From assembly GCA_043803105.1 (NCBI GenBank), contig JAZDKJ010000006.1:224001-288000 (forward strand): a stretch of DNA of 64,000 bases, in the 5' to 3' direction. Each line of letters starts with the position of its first letter. Positions within the stretch are counted from its first letter, which is position 1. Below are positions 55,734 through 64,000 of the stretch, piece by piece. The DNA is from Candidatus Woesearchaeota archaeon. Lineage in GTDB: Archaea > Nanobdellota > Nanobdellia > Woesearchaeales > JAZDKJ01. A program made the position numbers and the translations under genes. The notes beneath the pieces were generated by a model, which saw only the letters and a list, made by a program, of their open reading frames with translations, was not told the DNA's origin and searched no databases.

Positions 55734-56032
55734 GCCTTTGTTTGTTCTCAGTAACTTCATTATTTAAACCCTTTTAACTACTTGCGAATAGGTATTCCAA
55801 GCAGCTATTTAAACATTTACCTGGTCTAATATGGAGTTTGTTTGGTAGTTTTTGGAGTATTTATTTTTTGGTTTGAATCAAAAAATGTCAGGGATTGCCA
55901 CCTAGAAAGGTGACGTCAACTTAACAGCCCATGGTTTCTTGGGCTGTAAACCATATTCTTGCGCAAACTATAAGTATATGAAGACCTTGAAATGAATAAT
56001 TGTATTTAATGGAGGGATTTAATATGGGTTTC

Positions 56033-56224
56033 AATCAGTGGTTAAACAAAAGAGTGAGAAATCTGCATTGGAGTGATATTTCATTGGTGAAGCTTAGTGT
56101 TGCAGCGTTTATGCTTATGGTTGCAAAGCTCTGGAGCCCAATGCTAAGTTTGGATTGGTATTGGTATGGTATTATTTTTGTGATAGCCGCAATTAGACCT
56201 ATGTGCAAAGTTTTTTGTAAATAA
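56033..56224 (+). CDS. Small membrane protein
   Basis: GGAGG SD; DISLVKLSV..WYWY..AIRP. Confidence 0.7.
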   Translation, partial: NQWLNKRVRNLHWSDISLVKLSVAAFMLMVAKLWSPMLSLDWYWYGIIFVIAAIRPMCKVFCK

Positions 56225-56337
56225 TTTTATGGCCACTTAATCGTCAAAGCCTGGTTTTTTGGGCTTCCAATCTTTTTGTTATAGTCACTGGACATTGTGA
56301 CCCAATATTTTTATATAAGTAAAAGATATTCTTCCTT

Positions 56338-56688
56338 ATGAACGAAAGGGAATACATACGCAGCAAATTGGCAAAGTTCCGCAAGGACGATATTATATTT
56401 ACAGAACATACGGAAATCAGACTACTTCAAAGGCAGCTCAAAAGGGAAGAAATTATCGAAAACATTATAAATCCAAGTCGCCTGGAATATGCCATTAGAG
56501 AGGAAGCGAAAAGCCTTCATGAAGAAAAATTTGATTGCTATTTTGGATATAGCAAGACCCGGTGTCACAGATACGTTTTAGCGGTTAATAAAAAAGTGAT
56601 TGTTGTAACTGCAGTGAAAATTAACCGGAAGTGGCAGAGAATTGCCGAAAAGAAATTAAAGTCAATCCGTACATTAAGGAGGAAATAA
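56338..56688 (+). CDS. DUF4258-like (RelE/BrnT-fold) putative toxin
   Basis: IIFTEHTEIRLLQR, VIVVTAV. Confidence 0.7.
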   Translation: MNEREYIRSKLAKFRKDDIIFTEHTEIRLLQRQLKREEIIENIINPSRLEYAIREEAKSLHEEKFDCYFGYSKTRCHRYVLAVNKKVIVVTAVKINRKWQRIAEKKLKSIRTLRRK

Positions 56689-56692
56689 CACA

Positions 56693-57052
56693 ATGTTAAG
56701 AAAATTCAAGTTCGATTATGATAAGGAAAATGATAGTCTTTTTCTGTACGACCCAAAGGTTAAATCAAATGCAAGTGTAGAAATTGATGATTTGATCATC
56801 GATTTTAGCAGTAAGAAGGAAATATCTGGCATCGAAATCCTAAACACTTCAAAGTTTATGAAAGAACTTGATTGCGAAATCAATCTAGATAAGGAAATGC
56901 TGCAATCATTGACTGAGTGCAAAGTGGACTTCGTATCCAAACAAAATTGGCTCTTAATGAAACTAATGTTCGTATTTAAATCTCAACAGAGGTTTTGCAC
57001 GACTCTGCCTATACCCACTATCAGAGAACAAAGCCCGGCAATTATACAATGA
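56693..57052 (+). CDS. DUF2283-like putative antitoxin
   Basis: DYDKENDSLFL, IIDFS..ISGIEILN. Confidence 0.8.
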   Translation: MLRKFKFDYDKENDSLFLYDPKVKSNASVEIDDLIIDFSSKKEISGIEILNTSKFMKELDCEINLDKEMLQSLTECKVDFVSKQNWLLMKLMFVFKSQQRFCTTLPIPTIREQSPAIIQ

Positions 57053-57152
57053 TTCAGCTTTAAGATACAACGTTTTCCTTTAGGATAAAATGTTTCGATT
57101 TTCTGGACTCTAGCCATAAACCTTTATATCTTCTTGTTTAGTTCTTCTCCTC

Positions 57153-57764
57153 ATGATCGAGACCATAATCTTTGATTTAGGTGAGACTGTTCTTGTTGGT
57201 ATGGCCGGAATTGAGCCCGTTATCGCAAAAAGGTTTGGCATCCCGGAAAAGGATATGATCCATAATGAGTAAGGCGGTTCCAAGAAGTGGGATCTCTTCT
57301 TTGGCAAGATTAGTGAAGATGATTACTGGAGCAGGGTTATCCAAGAGAACCAACTCCAGGATGCTTCTGTTCAATATTTCAAGAACCTGGTAAGGTCAAA
57401 CTTTACTGAAGTCCCCGGGATGCTTACATTACTTAAAGAATTACGAAGAGCCCATATTAAGACCATCTGCCTGTCAGACCATTGCCGCGAATGGGTTGAA
57501 TATTCTGAACAAAAGTTTCATTTCCTTGACCTGTTTGACTATGCCTTTTTTTCCTTTCAGACCGGCCTCTCCAAAAGGAATCCTCAAGCTTATCTTCACT
57601 TAATTGAGAAATCATGTGTAAATCCTGCGACAACCATGCTGGTGGACGATAGAAAGACCGTTATCGATATTGCCAGAGCCAGCCCAGTAAACATAAGATA
57701 CGTGCATCACTTTAACTGTGCCGAAGCGCTGTTAAAAGATTTGAAGTACCACAATCTGATTTAA
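57153..57764 (+). pseudogene. HAD-superfamily phosphatase with in-frame TAA at 57270-57272
   Basis: MIETIIFDLGE motif I is in frame with the downstream LSD, K.NP and VDD motifs. Confidence 0.8.
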
Positions 57765-57804
57765 CCTTTAACTGAATAGGGCAAATAAAAAAAAGAAAAA
57801 AGAT

Positions 57805-58428
57805 TTATGCTACAACATCTCCTGTCGTTCCGTAATAAAAGTTGTTCCAGCTTTGGCTTCTGTAGTGGTAAGTCCATCCCCAGTTCGGCTGGGAAAAGCC
57901 ACTATAGCCTGGGAAGTAGTCGCTCAGGAAACTGTACGGGCTGCTTGGTCCAGTCTGTCCTGCGCCATAAGAGCCTAGCAACACATCTGCCTTTGTTCCG
58001 CCGAAGTCAAAGGTGCCTATGTTCCCATGCGTCTGCTTGGTTGCATCCAGGGTTCCTGTAAAGCTGGCAATATATCCTCCCTCAAAATTTACTGTTGCAT
58101 CCTTCCCTTCAGTCGCTCCAACTCCAGGGCTCAACGCGCCTGCAAAAGTCTGCGACTTTCCAGTGTATCTGGCAACAACATAGTTTAGCCCGTCCGGTGC
58201 CTGCCAGACCTGTACGTGCTTATTGTAGCTGTCTAACGCCCAATAGCCGACATTGCCTGAGTCTTCGTCATTGGCAACCTTGTATGTGATGTCCACAATC
58301 AGCTTCGACCCTGCCGGAACCTCTCCGGCGTTTGTGAAGCTTCCCCACGTTGGCTTTGTTGGTGCAGCAGTCACTGCCGCTGTGAGCAGCAGCATCAAGC
58401 CAACCAGCAATAATATTGTCTTTTTCAT
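57805..58428 (-). CDS. Secreted Gly/Tyr-rich hypothetical protein
   Basis: MKKTILLL signal peptide, GGAGGTG SD. Confidence 0.8.
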   Translation of the reverse strand: MKKTILLLVGLMLLLTAAVTAAPTKPTWGSFTNAGEVPAGSKLIVDITYKVANDEDSGNVGYWALDSYNKHVQVWQAPDGLNYVVARYTGKSQTFAGALSPGVGATEGKDATVNFEGGYIASFTGTLDATKQTHGNIGTFDFGGTKADVLLGSYGAGQTGPSSPYSFLSDYFPGYSGFSQPNWGWTYHYRSQSWNNFYYGTTGDVVA

Positions 58429-58672
58429 GTTTCCACCTCCTAAGAATTTCATTGTTTGCAATACTTTGGCCTTTAAAACTGTTATGTTGAATTTTAAATC
58501 TTTGTTATAATCATTAAAGAGCATTTTACGGCCATTAGGAGCCACTCGTCAACCTATCGATTTTTTATCTTGCTTAACAGGGCTTAAGTTCAATTCAGAA
58601 AAACCTTTTGATTTAGCAAGAGGTTTATAACCCTGGTTAATCCAATTTAATTCACAATTCAACAAGTCTTAA

Positions 58673-58864
58673 CTAAACTTTTTTCACATTGACTGCTTTT
58701 AAGCCTTTATCTCCTTGTTCTACATCAAATGTAACTGAGTCATTATCATGTAAAGTTACACCCTCTCCTACTGATGACTTATGCACAAAAACTTCTTTTC
58801 CATCTTCACCAGCAATAAATCCAAATCCTTTTATTTCATTGAAAAATTTTACGGTTCCTTTCAT
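58673..58864 (-). CDS. cspA: Cold-shock protein
   Basis: GTVKFFN..KGFGFI, VFVH. Confidence 0.95.
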   Translation of the reverse strand: MKGTVKFFNEIKGFGFIAGEDGKEVFVHKSSVGEGVTLHDNDSVTFDVEQGDKGLKAVNVKKV

Positions 58865-59183
58865 TTTTTTAGCTCCTTGTTTTACTCATTTTTAATTTTC
58901 AGAAACAGTCAAACAAATTTGTTAAATAAAAATTATTCGCCAAATAGTAAAAAAGTTCTGATATATTATAGAATAAATCATTGCTTTTTAAAGGCTTCTA
59001 TTTATTTTTCCTTATTGCAACTATCACACCTTATTTAGGATCACAAAACCCATTCTTTATCCTATTTGAAAGTTCTCTAAACCTGAGGAAAAAGTTTTTC
59101 CTGAAATATGTGGATGCAGTTTTCACACAATTCATATGGGAAAAGACCTTAACAGCGATTGCTTGGAATTGCGAGCCAGCCAA

Positions 59184-59450
59184 TTAATAAAACACAATAT
59201 TATGGCCTGGTTTTACGTTGTCCCATAGTTTTTTAAGTCCCCACATACCGACAGGTCCTGTATAATAATGCAGGTGTTCAGTGCAATCTTTTACTGCAAG
59301 CAAATACGAACCTGTTACTAACCTGAATAATTCTTCCTGCTCTTCAGGGCAAATTCTTTCTGCCAATGTCTTGAATTTCTTCACCAAATCCTCAGGCTCT
59401 GGCGTCTGAATAGCCACATTGATGTGAGTCATTAAATTTTGTTGCTCCAT
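59184..59450 (-). CDS. Hypothetical protein
   Basis: ORF with GGGG SD-like motif. Confidence 0.5.
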   Translation of the reverse strand: MEQQNLMTHINVAIQTPEPEDLVKKFKTLAERICPEEQEELFRLVTGSYLLAVKDCTEHLHYYTGPVGMWGLKKLWDNVKPGHNIVFY

Positions 59451-59546
59451 TTTGTAAACCCCCTGATTAGATGGGAAGAAACGCGTTTTATTATTTAAAC
59501 GTATCTCGCTACAATCTTTATATAATCTAAGCAATTCATCTCTATA

Positions 59547-59900
59547 ATGGTCCAGCTAACTTTCAGGAATTGGGTTGCCGTTGGCAGCACTGTTGTGCTC
59601 GGAGCAATGACAAAACTTTATTCCGGGCCCTATGAGGAAATGGTCGCAGGGCAAGCTTGGGACGCTCTTGCTCCTGTCTGCATGTACAATCTCTTTTATG
59701 ATACTGCAGAAAACGATTTTCTTCGTGCAGGCATAATGTTTGGTAGTTTATGTGCTATAGAATTTGCTCAATACCTTGGTATATATGGAACTTACGATCC
59801 CAAAGACTTCGCTGCCTACGCGGTCGGGACCGCACTTGCTATTACTTTAGATAAGATTACCAGACCTTCACACAAACAATCTATTGATGATGTGATGTAG
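59547..59900 (+). CDS. Membrane protein (DUF2809/VanZ-like)
   Basis: IEFAQY..GTYDPKDFAAY. Confidence 0.65.
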   Translation: MVQLTFRNWVAVGSTVVLGAMTKLYSGPYEEMVAGQAWDALAPVCMYNLFYDTAENDFLRAGIMFGSLCAIEFAQYLGIYGTYDPKDFAAYAVGTALAITLDKITRPSHKQSIDDVM

Positions 59901-60053
59901 AGTGCCTATTCGTTGCTCTTTTTACCAGAAAGCGGACATGACACAACAGCAAGTTCGTAGCATTGCCATGCTTCTCTGCCTGCCTCAAAACAATTACGAG
60001 AACAAAAACAAGAGCTAAAGGTTTAAATACTACTTATTAGTTACAAATAAATA

Positions 60054-60317
60054 ATGGCATTACAAAATTGGGGACTTTTGGAAATAATGGCAGATTATTT
60101 ACATGTTAAAATAGATCCCAACAAACCTAGGGATTCAAGACTTGTAGTGGCCTTAAGGTATGATGATTTGGGTAGTGTACCCGAAGCTATTGAAGCTATG
60201 ACTGCAGTCCAGCCTCATTTATATGACCGAGAAAAATTAGAATCTCTTATGCTGGCAAGAATTGTTGCTAAAGACCCCTGCCATTTCTATGAGGGATTTC
60301 CTCCTGTCGACAAATAA
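60054..60317 (+). CDS. Hypothetical protein
   Basis: ORF with TATA-like box upstream. Confidence 0.5.
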   Translation: MALQNWGLLEIMADYLHVKIDPNKPRDSRLVVALRYDDLGSVPEAIEAMTAVQPHLYDREKLESLMLARIVAKDPCHFYEGFPPVDK

Positions 60318-60369
60318 TTTCGCAACTTATAGAATAAGCTATTTATAGATTAACCAATTCCTTTTCATC

Positions 60370-60762
60370 ATGAAGACTTATGCAGTCAGGCTTGAGCCCG
60401 GTCAAGACTTAAGGAAAGCCATAGCCCAATACTTTGTGACAGAAAGAATTCACAGTGGCGCAGTTCTGAGCTGTGTCGGAAGCCTGGAGAAAGCAATTTT
60501 AAGGTTGTCTGACGAGAGCATTTTAACCTTGAACGGCAAATTTGAGATTATCTCGCTTACCGGCACCTTATCCAAAACAGGTCATCACCTGCATCTCGGA
60601 ATTTCTGACAGGGAGGGAGTGGTTTACGGAGGCCACCTTAAAGAAGGCTGTATAGTCTACACCACTGCAGAGATTGTAATTGGAGCACTGGATGTTTTGG
60701 CATTCTCACGGACATTTGATCCAAAAACAGGATACAAAGAACTCAAGATTAGCAAGAAGTAG
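60370..60762 (+). CDS. PPC/DUF296 domain protein
   Basis: RLEPGQDL, FEIISLTGT, HLHL, GGHL. Confidence 0.92.
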   Translation: MKTYAVRLEPGQDLRKAIAQYFVTERIHSGAVLSCVGSLEKAILRLSDESILTLNGKFEIISLTGTLSKTGHHLHLGISDREGVVYGGHLKEGCIVYTTAEIVIGALDVLAFSRTFDPKTGYKELKISKK

Positions 60763-60816
60763 GTCATAGAAATTATAGTCACAATCTTTATATACTACTC
60801 TAGAGTTGCTATTCTA

Positions 60817-61098
60817 ATGCTTTACAACGTCAAAGTGTTTTATGACCCGAAAACAATGAACATAGAGTTATTACAGAAGCTCTATGAGGTCTACTCTAAA
60901 CAGCCTCCTTCAACAAAAGACTTAGAACAGGCTCTGTTTCGCCGCGAGGGAGATGGCTTGGAAATGGCCCTCACAGAATTTAACGGTTTGGAAAACTCCC
61001 AAGCTATGGAACTAATAAGGGCCGTTAGCCAATTCAAGGATGTCACGGCAGAGATGTCTGACATCAAGGATGCCACAACCGAGTTGCCTGACCTTTAA
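60817..61098 (+). CDS. Hypothetical protein
   Basis: ORF with TATA-like box upstream. Confidence 0.5.
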   Translation: MLYNVKVFYDPKTMNIELLQKLYEVYSKQPPSTKDLEQALFRREGDGLEMALTEFNGLENSQAMELIRAVSQFKDVTAEMSDIKDATTELPDL

Positions 61099-61526
61099 GT
61101 CTCGCTCATCGCAGCCATTCTCTTGCTCTGTCTGCCCTTGCTCATCATGTCGCGGACATGCGCAGTCATTGCCAGGGTCTCTGCCTTGAAGTCTTCATAC
61201 TCATATTGCATACCATTCAGGTAGGTGCTCCAGCCCATTGTTGATTTGGCAAACCTCATTGCTTCCTTTATTTCATCCTCAGTTGCGCCTGAGAGTTTTG
61301 CTGCCTCTGTATGGAACAGTGTGCAGTACTTGCATCTTGTCGCTGCCGCGACCCCAATCCCTATGAGCTCCCGATACTTGTTTGGGATAAGCCCTGGGTC
61401 GAACTGGGTCTTTTTCATGAGCTGCCATTCCAGCTCTATTGTGTCGTCAGGTATGCTCTTCAGGAATGTTGGCACAGTGCCGAACATCTCCTCTATTTCC
61501 TTATACACCTTTTGTTTTGTATTCAT
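61095..61526 (-). CDS. Carboxymuconolactone decarboxylase/AhpD family protein
   Basis: KYRELIGIGVA..CKYCTLFH..GATEDEI. Confidence 0.9.
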   Translation of the reverse strand: MNTKQKVYKEIEEMFGTVPTFLKSIPDDTIELEWQLMKKTQFDPGLIPNKYRELIGIGVAAATRCKYCTLFHTEAAKLSGATEDEIKEAMRFAKSTMGWSTYLNGMQYEYEDFKAETLAMTAHVRDMMSKGRQSKRMAAMSET

Positions 61527-61624
61527 TTTTCCACCTCAATCTGCCCCAATAGAATTCATGAGGCATTAACACCAAAATGCCAATACAACTATTAGGTTTG
61601 TACCTTTAGGGGTTAAACCAAGAA

Positions 61625-62062
61625 TTACTGAAAGAGCTCTTCGTACCTTGGCCAGAAGATGTTGCGGTCAATTCTTGCAAGTCTTTTTTCCAAAGGCTGA
61701 AGTAAAACACCAGATACTGGCTGCACCAATAATATTAACTGATTATTCTGCACATCTGCCCTATAAAGGCATAGTCCCTGATGCACGTGTGCCACACCTG
61801 CAGAAATGTCGCAGAGTGAATGCAGCAACAAGTACTCATCCCTTTTTGGGTTGTAGGTTTTTTCAGAAGCTTTCAAATATAGTAGTGAAATATAGATGTC
61901 TACAAGGTCCTCACCTTTGACAAGTGCCCCAGTCAAAACAACAGCCTCAAGTCTGTCTCTAAACCTGGGTTCTTCAAAGTCTAGCACGTGTTTCCCAGAA
62001 TGATAATCAATCGTTGCAACTATAGGTTTTGCTGTTGGCAGCAACCTTAATTTCCCACCCAT
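61625..62062 (-). CDS. Hypothetical protein
   Basis: ORF only. Confidence 0.45.
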   Translation of the reverse strand: MGGKLRLLPTAKPIVATIDYHSGKHVLDFEEPRFRDRLEAVVLTGALVKGEDLVDIYISLLYLKASEKTYNPKRDEYLLLHSLCDISAGVAHVHQGLCLYRADVQNNQLILLVQPVSGVLLQPLEKRLARIDRNIFWPRYEELFQ

Positions 62063-62144
62063 ACGAAAAAGAAGCTGCGCAGAATATTTAAAGTTTTAGC
62101 TACTGCAGAGTTACCTTTTTAAGATTCTAGGCAATTCTTTACGC

Positions 62145-62504
62145 ATGCTGGACACAATAGTTGAGAAGCTCTTGGATGACAAGGAATTTGTTATTGCCTC
62201 CGCTGCTTACGTTCTTGCCTCTACTGCTGATTACCTTTACACCAGTGTTGGCTTGAGTAACGGCGCTATTAGCGCTGAGTTGAATCCTGTATTGAACTCA
62301 TACATAAGCTTGTATGGCCTCCAGGGCCTGCTTCTGGGAAAGTCTCTGTTTGTGGGGCTTGAACTCCTTGCTTGGAAGCTCATTGATATGGAAAGCAACT
62401 TTCGCGTTGAGTCCATACTGTATCCTGCTGCCCTACTTACTGCTATTGCGCCTACTGGGATTGTGCAGGATTTAGTCATCCAATTAATGCAGAAATCCCC
62501 GTAA
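62145..62504 (+). CDS. Membrane protein (DUF5658-like)
   Basis: AD..T..G....ELNP motif, TM helices. Confidence 0.65.
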   Translation: MLDTIVEKLLDDKEFVIASAAYVLASTADYLYTSVGLSNGAISAELNPVLNSYISLYGLQGLLLGKSLFVGLELLAWKLIDMESNFRVESILYPAALLTAIAPTGIVQDLVIQLMQKSP

Positions 62505-62600
62505 TCACTATTTTTCCTGTCATGAACCACGTTTTCTGGGTTTTCAAAACGAAAGTATTTAATATTCTTATACTTACATCTATTAGGATAAAAGAGGTGT

Positions 62601-63176
62601 GTGATGCTTGTATTGTTCCAGCTTGTGGTTCTGTTCTTTGTTATATTTGACCCTCCCATGAGTTTTGCAGTTTTCTCTATAACAACCCAAAACCTAGATG
62701 ACAAGGAGCGACGCAAAATAGCAGCGCTGGCAATTTCGGTTGCAGCTGTCCTGTCTTATGGGGTTTTGCTCCTGGGTCCAAGGCTTCTCGACACCTTCAG
62801 CACCAATCTGGAGGATTTCAGGGTAGCTGGTGGCATTATTCTTGGCTTCCTTGGCATCAAGATGGCTTTAGGTTATCCTATTGCCAAGCTTGACCCAAAC
62901 AACTCTTCCAAGGCAATAGCTGCAATCATTGCAACTCCGCTGCTTACAGGCCCGGCCGCCATAACAGCCCTTATCTTGAACTCAAGTGATTATGGCCTTG
63001 TCAAAACAGCCCTCGCTGTGACAATTGTTCTTGCCTTCACAGCAGTCATCTTCTTTCAAGCACCAAGAGTCCAGAAATATCTTGGCACCACATCCATCCA
63101 GGTCATTTCCACTATTTTGGGCCTTATAACTGTTGCTTGGGGTGTCAAGTTCATAAGGATAGGCTTAGGAATTTAG
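62601..63176 (+). CDS. marC: MarC family membrane protein
   Basis: FRVAGGIIL, ATPLLTGPAAI, ILGLI. Confidence 0.9.
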   Translation: MMLVLFQLVVLFFVIFDPPMSFAVFSITTQNLDDKERRKIAALAISVAAVLSYGVLLLGPRLLDTFSTNLEDFRVAGGIILGFLGIKMALGYPIAKLDPNNSSKAIAAIIATPLLTGPAAITALILNSSDYGLVKTALAVTIVLAFTAVIFFQAPRVQKYLGTTSIQVISTILGLITVAWGVKFIRIGLGI

Positions 63177-64000
63177 AACTGTAATCTGATTTTCTTTATG
63201 TTGTAGATGCCGGTGCACTTGTTCTCCATCTCTGATTGTGCCTCTTCAATCATCAGCCTTTTCTTGAACAAAGGACCGCTTATAACCAATGTTTCTGCTT
63301 CGCCTCCCTCAAATGCTATGTTTATCCTGTTCTTCTCATGAAGAATTGTCAGCTTATCAACATCTTCCTGGCAGATTTGCTTTCCAAGCCAGCTCTTGTC
63401 AAGCCCGTCTGCTGCTATTTTTATCACGATAAACTTGAATCCCTGGTTAAGTATTTCCCTCATCTCGCTTTCCTGGTTCAGGTGCCACAAGGGTGAGAAT
63501 ATCTTAAGTCCTAAAGAATCAGCTACCTTCTCTATCCTGCTGCGTTGGTATGTGGAATATAATGCTCCAGTAACCACTCCTTCTATCTTGTGCTCTTTCT
63601 TTGCAGTAACTAACGCCTTTTTCAGGTCCTCGAGCTCCAGTCCCTCAATTCCCTTGGTTCTCTGCTTTACAATTGGCATTTCCATTGCCATTGCCTGCAG
63701 TTCAGTTAGGCCAATGTTTGGCGTGTGGAACATGTAAGAGTCAGGATTCTCGCTTTCGATAGTGATTAAGCAGCAGACTTTGTAGTTCTGCCTGTTCATT
63801 ACGTACGCTGCATAACAACTATCTTTCCCGCCGGAAAATAAAACGCCTAACCTTAGGTTGTGTTTAGGATAGAACCTTCTCATGAATTCTGACTTGTATT
63901 TCAACCCTGCTTTCCTGGTAAGCTTTTCTATTACTCTCATGCTCCCGCTTCCGTACTGTGCAGCCCTTTTCTTTCTCTCTGCAAACTCCGGCGGAACTCC
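63173..64000 (-). CDS. Diphthine--ammonia ligase domain fused to an upstream asparagine-synthase-like domain; 5' partial
   Basis: LFSGGKDS, SYMFH, YQRSR, PLW, EGGEAET; frame open to the window end reading GVPPEFAERKKRAAQYGSG. Confidence 0.85.
   Translation of the reverse strand, partial: GVPPEFAERKKRAAQYGSGSMRVIEKLTRKAGLKYKSEFMRRFYPKHNLRLGVLFSGGKDSCYAAYVMNRQNYKVCCLITIESENPDSYMFHTPNIGLTELQAMAMEMPIVKQRTKGIEGLELEDLKKALVTAKKEHKIEGVVTGALYSTYQRSRIEKVADSLGLKIFSPLWHLNQESEMREILNQGFKFIVIKIAADGLDKSWLGKQICQEDVDKLTILHEKNRINIAFEGGEAETLVISGPLFKKRLMIEEAQSEMENKCTGIYNIKKIRLQF

Larger units (their letters stand above)
52147..55930. mobile_element. IS6-like cargo transposon with 29-bp TIRs and 10-bp flanking direct repeat ATGGTTTCTT
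   Basis: TIRs 52147-52175 and 55902-55930 match at 24/29; direct repeats at 52137-52146 and 55931-55940; AT-richer than flanks. Confidence 0.88.

Noticed and set aside
58572-58590. CTTAACAG-GGCTTAAGTT resembling fused transposon ends (excision scar)
   Set aside because: Match is too short and gapped to distinguish from chance in AT-rich DNA

Overview
Archaeal chromosomal segment, most consistent with a DPANN (Woesearchaeota-like) genome. Markers: rpoL, rpl35Ae, thermosome, archaeal gltX, PAC2, AlaX-M, CarS, XerA, Dph6 and tRNAs with BHB introns. The lineage call is inference from gene content. Main blocks: (1) MoxR-DUF58-VWA operon and MTA salvage genes; (2) a 12 kb minus-strand cluster of 11 surface-related genes (7070-19186) with two cadherin/Ig-repeat adhesins, a membrane-anchored chaperone-like protein and an A-B-A-B-A array of pilin-like subunits and short anchor proteins, which may be an undescribed donor-strand fibre system; (3) a psd-pssA-carS lipid headgroup operon; (4) tRNA-Ile(UAU) with two introns; (5) nine phased 11-bp repeats beside an AT-rich tract and two coiled-coil/wHTH genes, followed by xerA, a Zn/HNH gene and a dif-like site; (6) an RHH-led operon of one membrane FN3 protein and three helical proteins; (7) a tRNA-like gene with a GAU anticodon, long variable arm, a 59/60 intron and a 56-nt palindromic insert; (8) housekeeping genes plus an alpha3-truncated histone; (9) a complete 3.8 kb IS6-like element (29-bp TIRs, 10-bp flanking direct repeat) carrying a restriction-modification pair; (10) an accessory tail ending in an AsnB-Dph6 fusion that runs off the window. 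No database searches were run; all calls rest on motif recognition.
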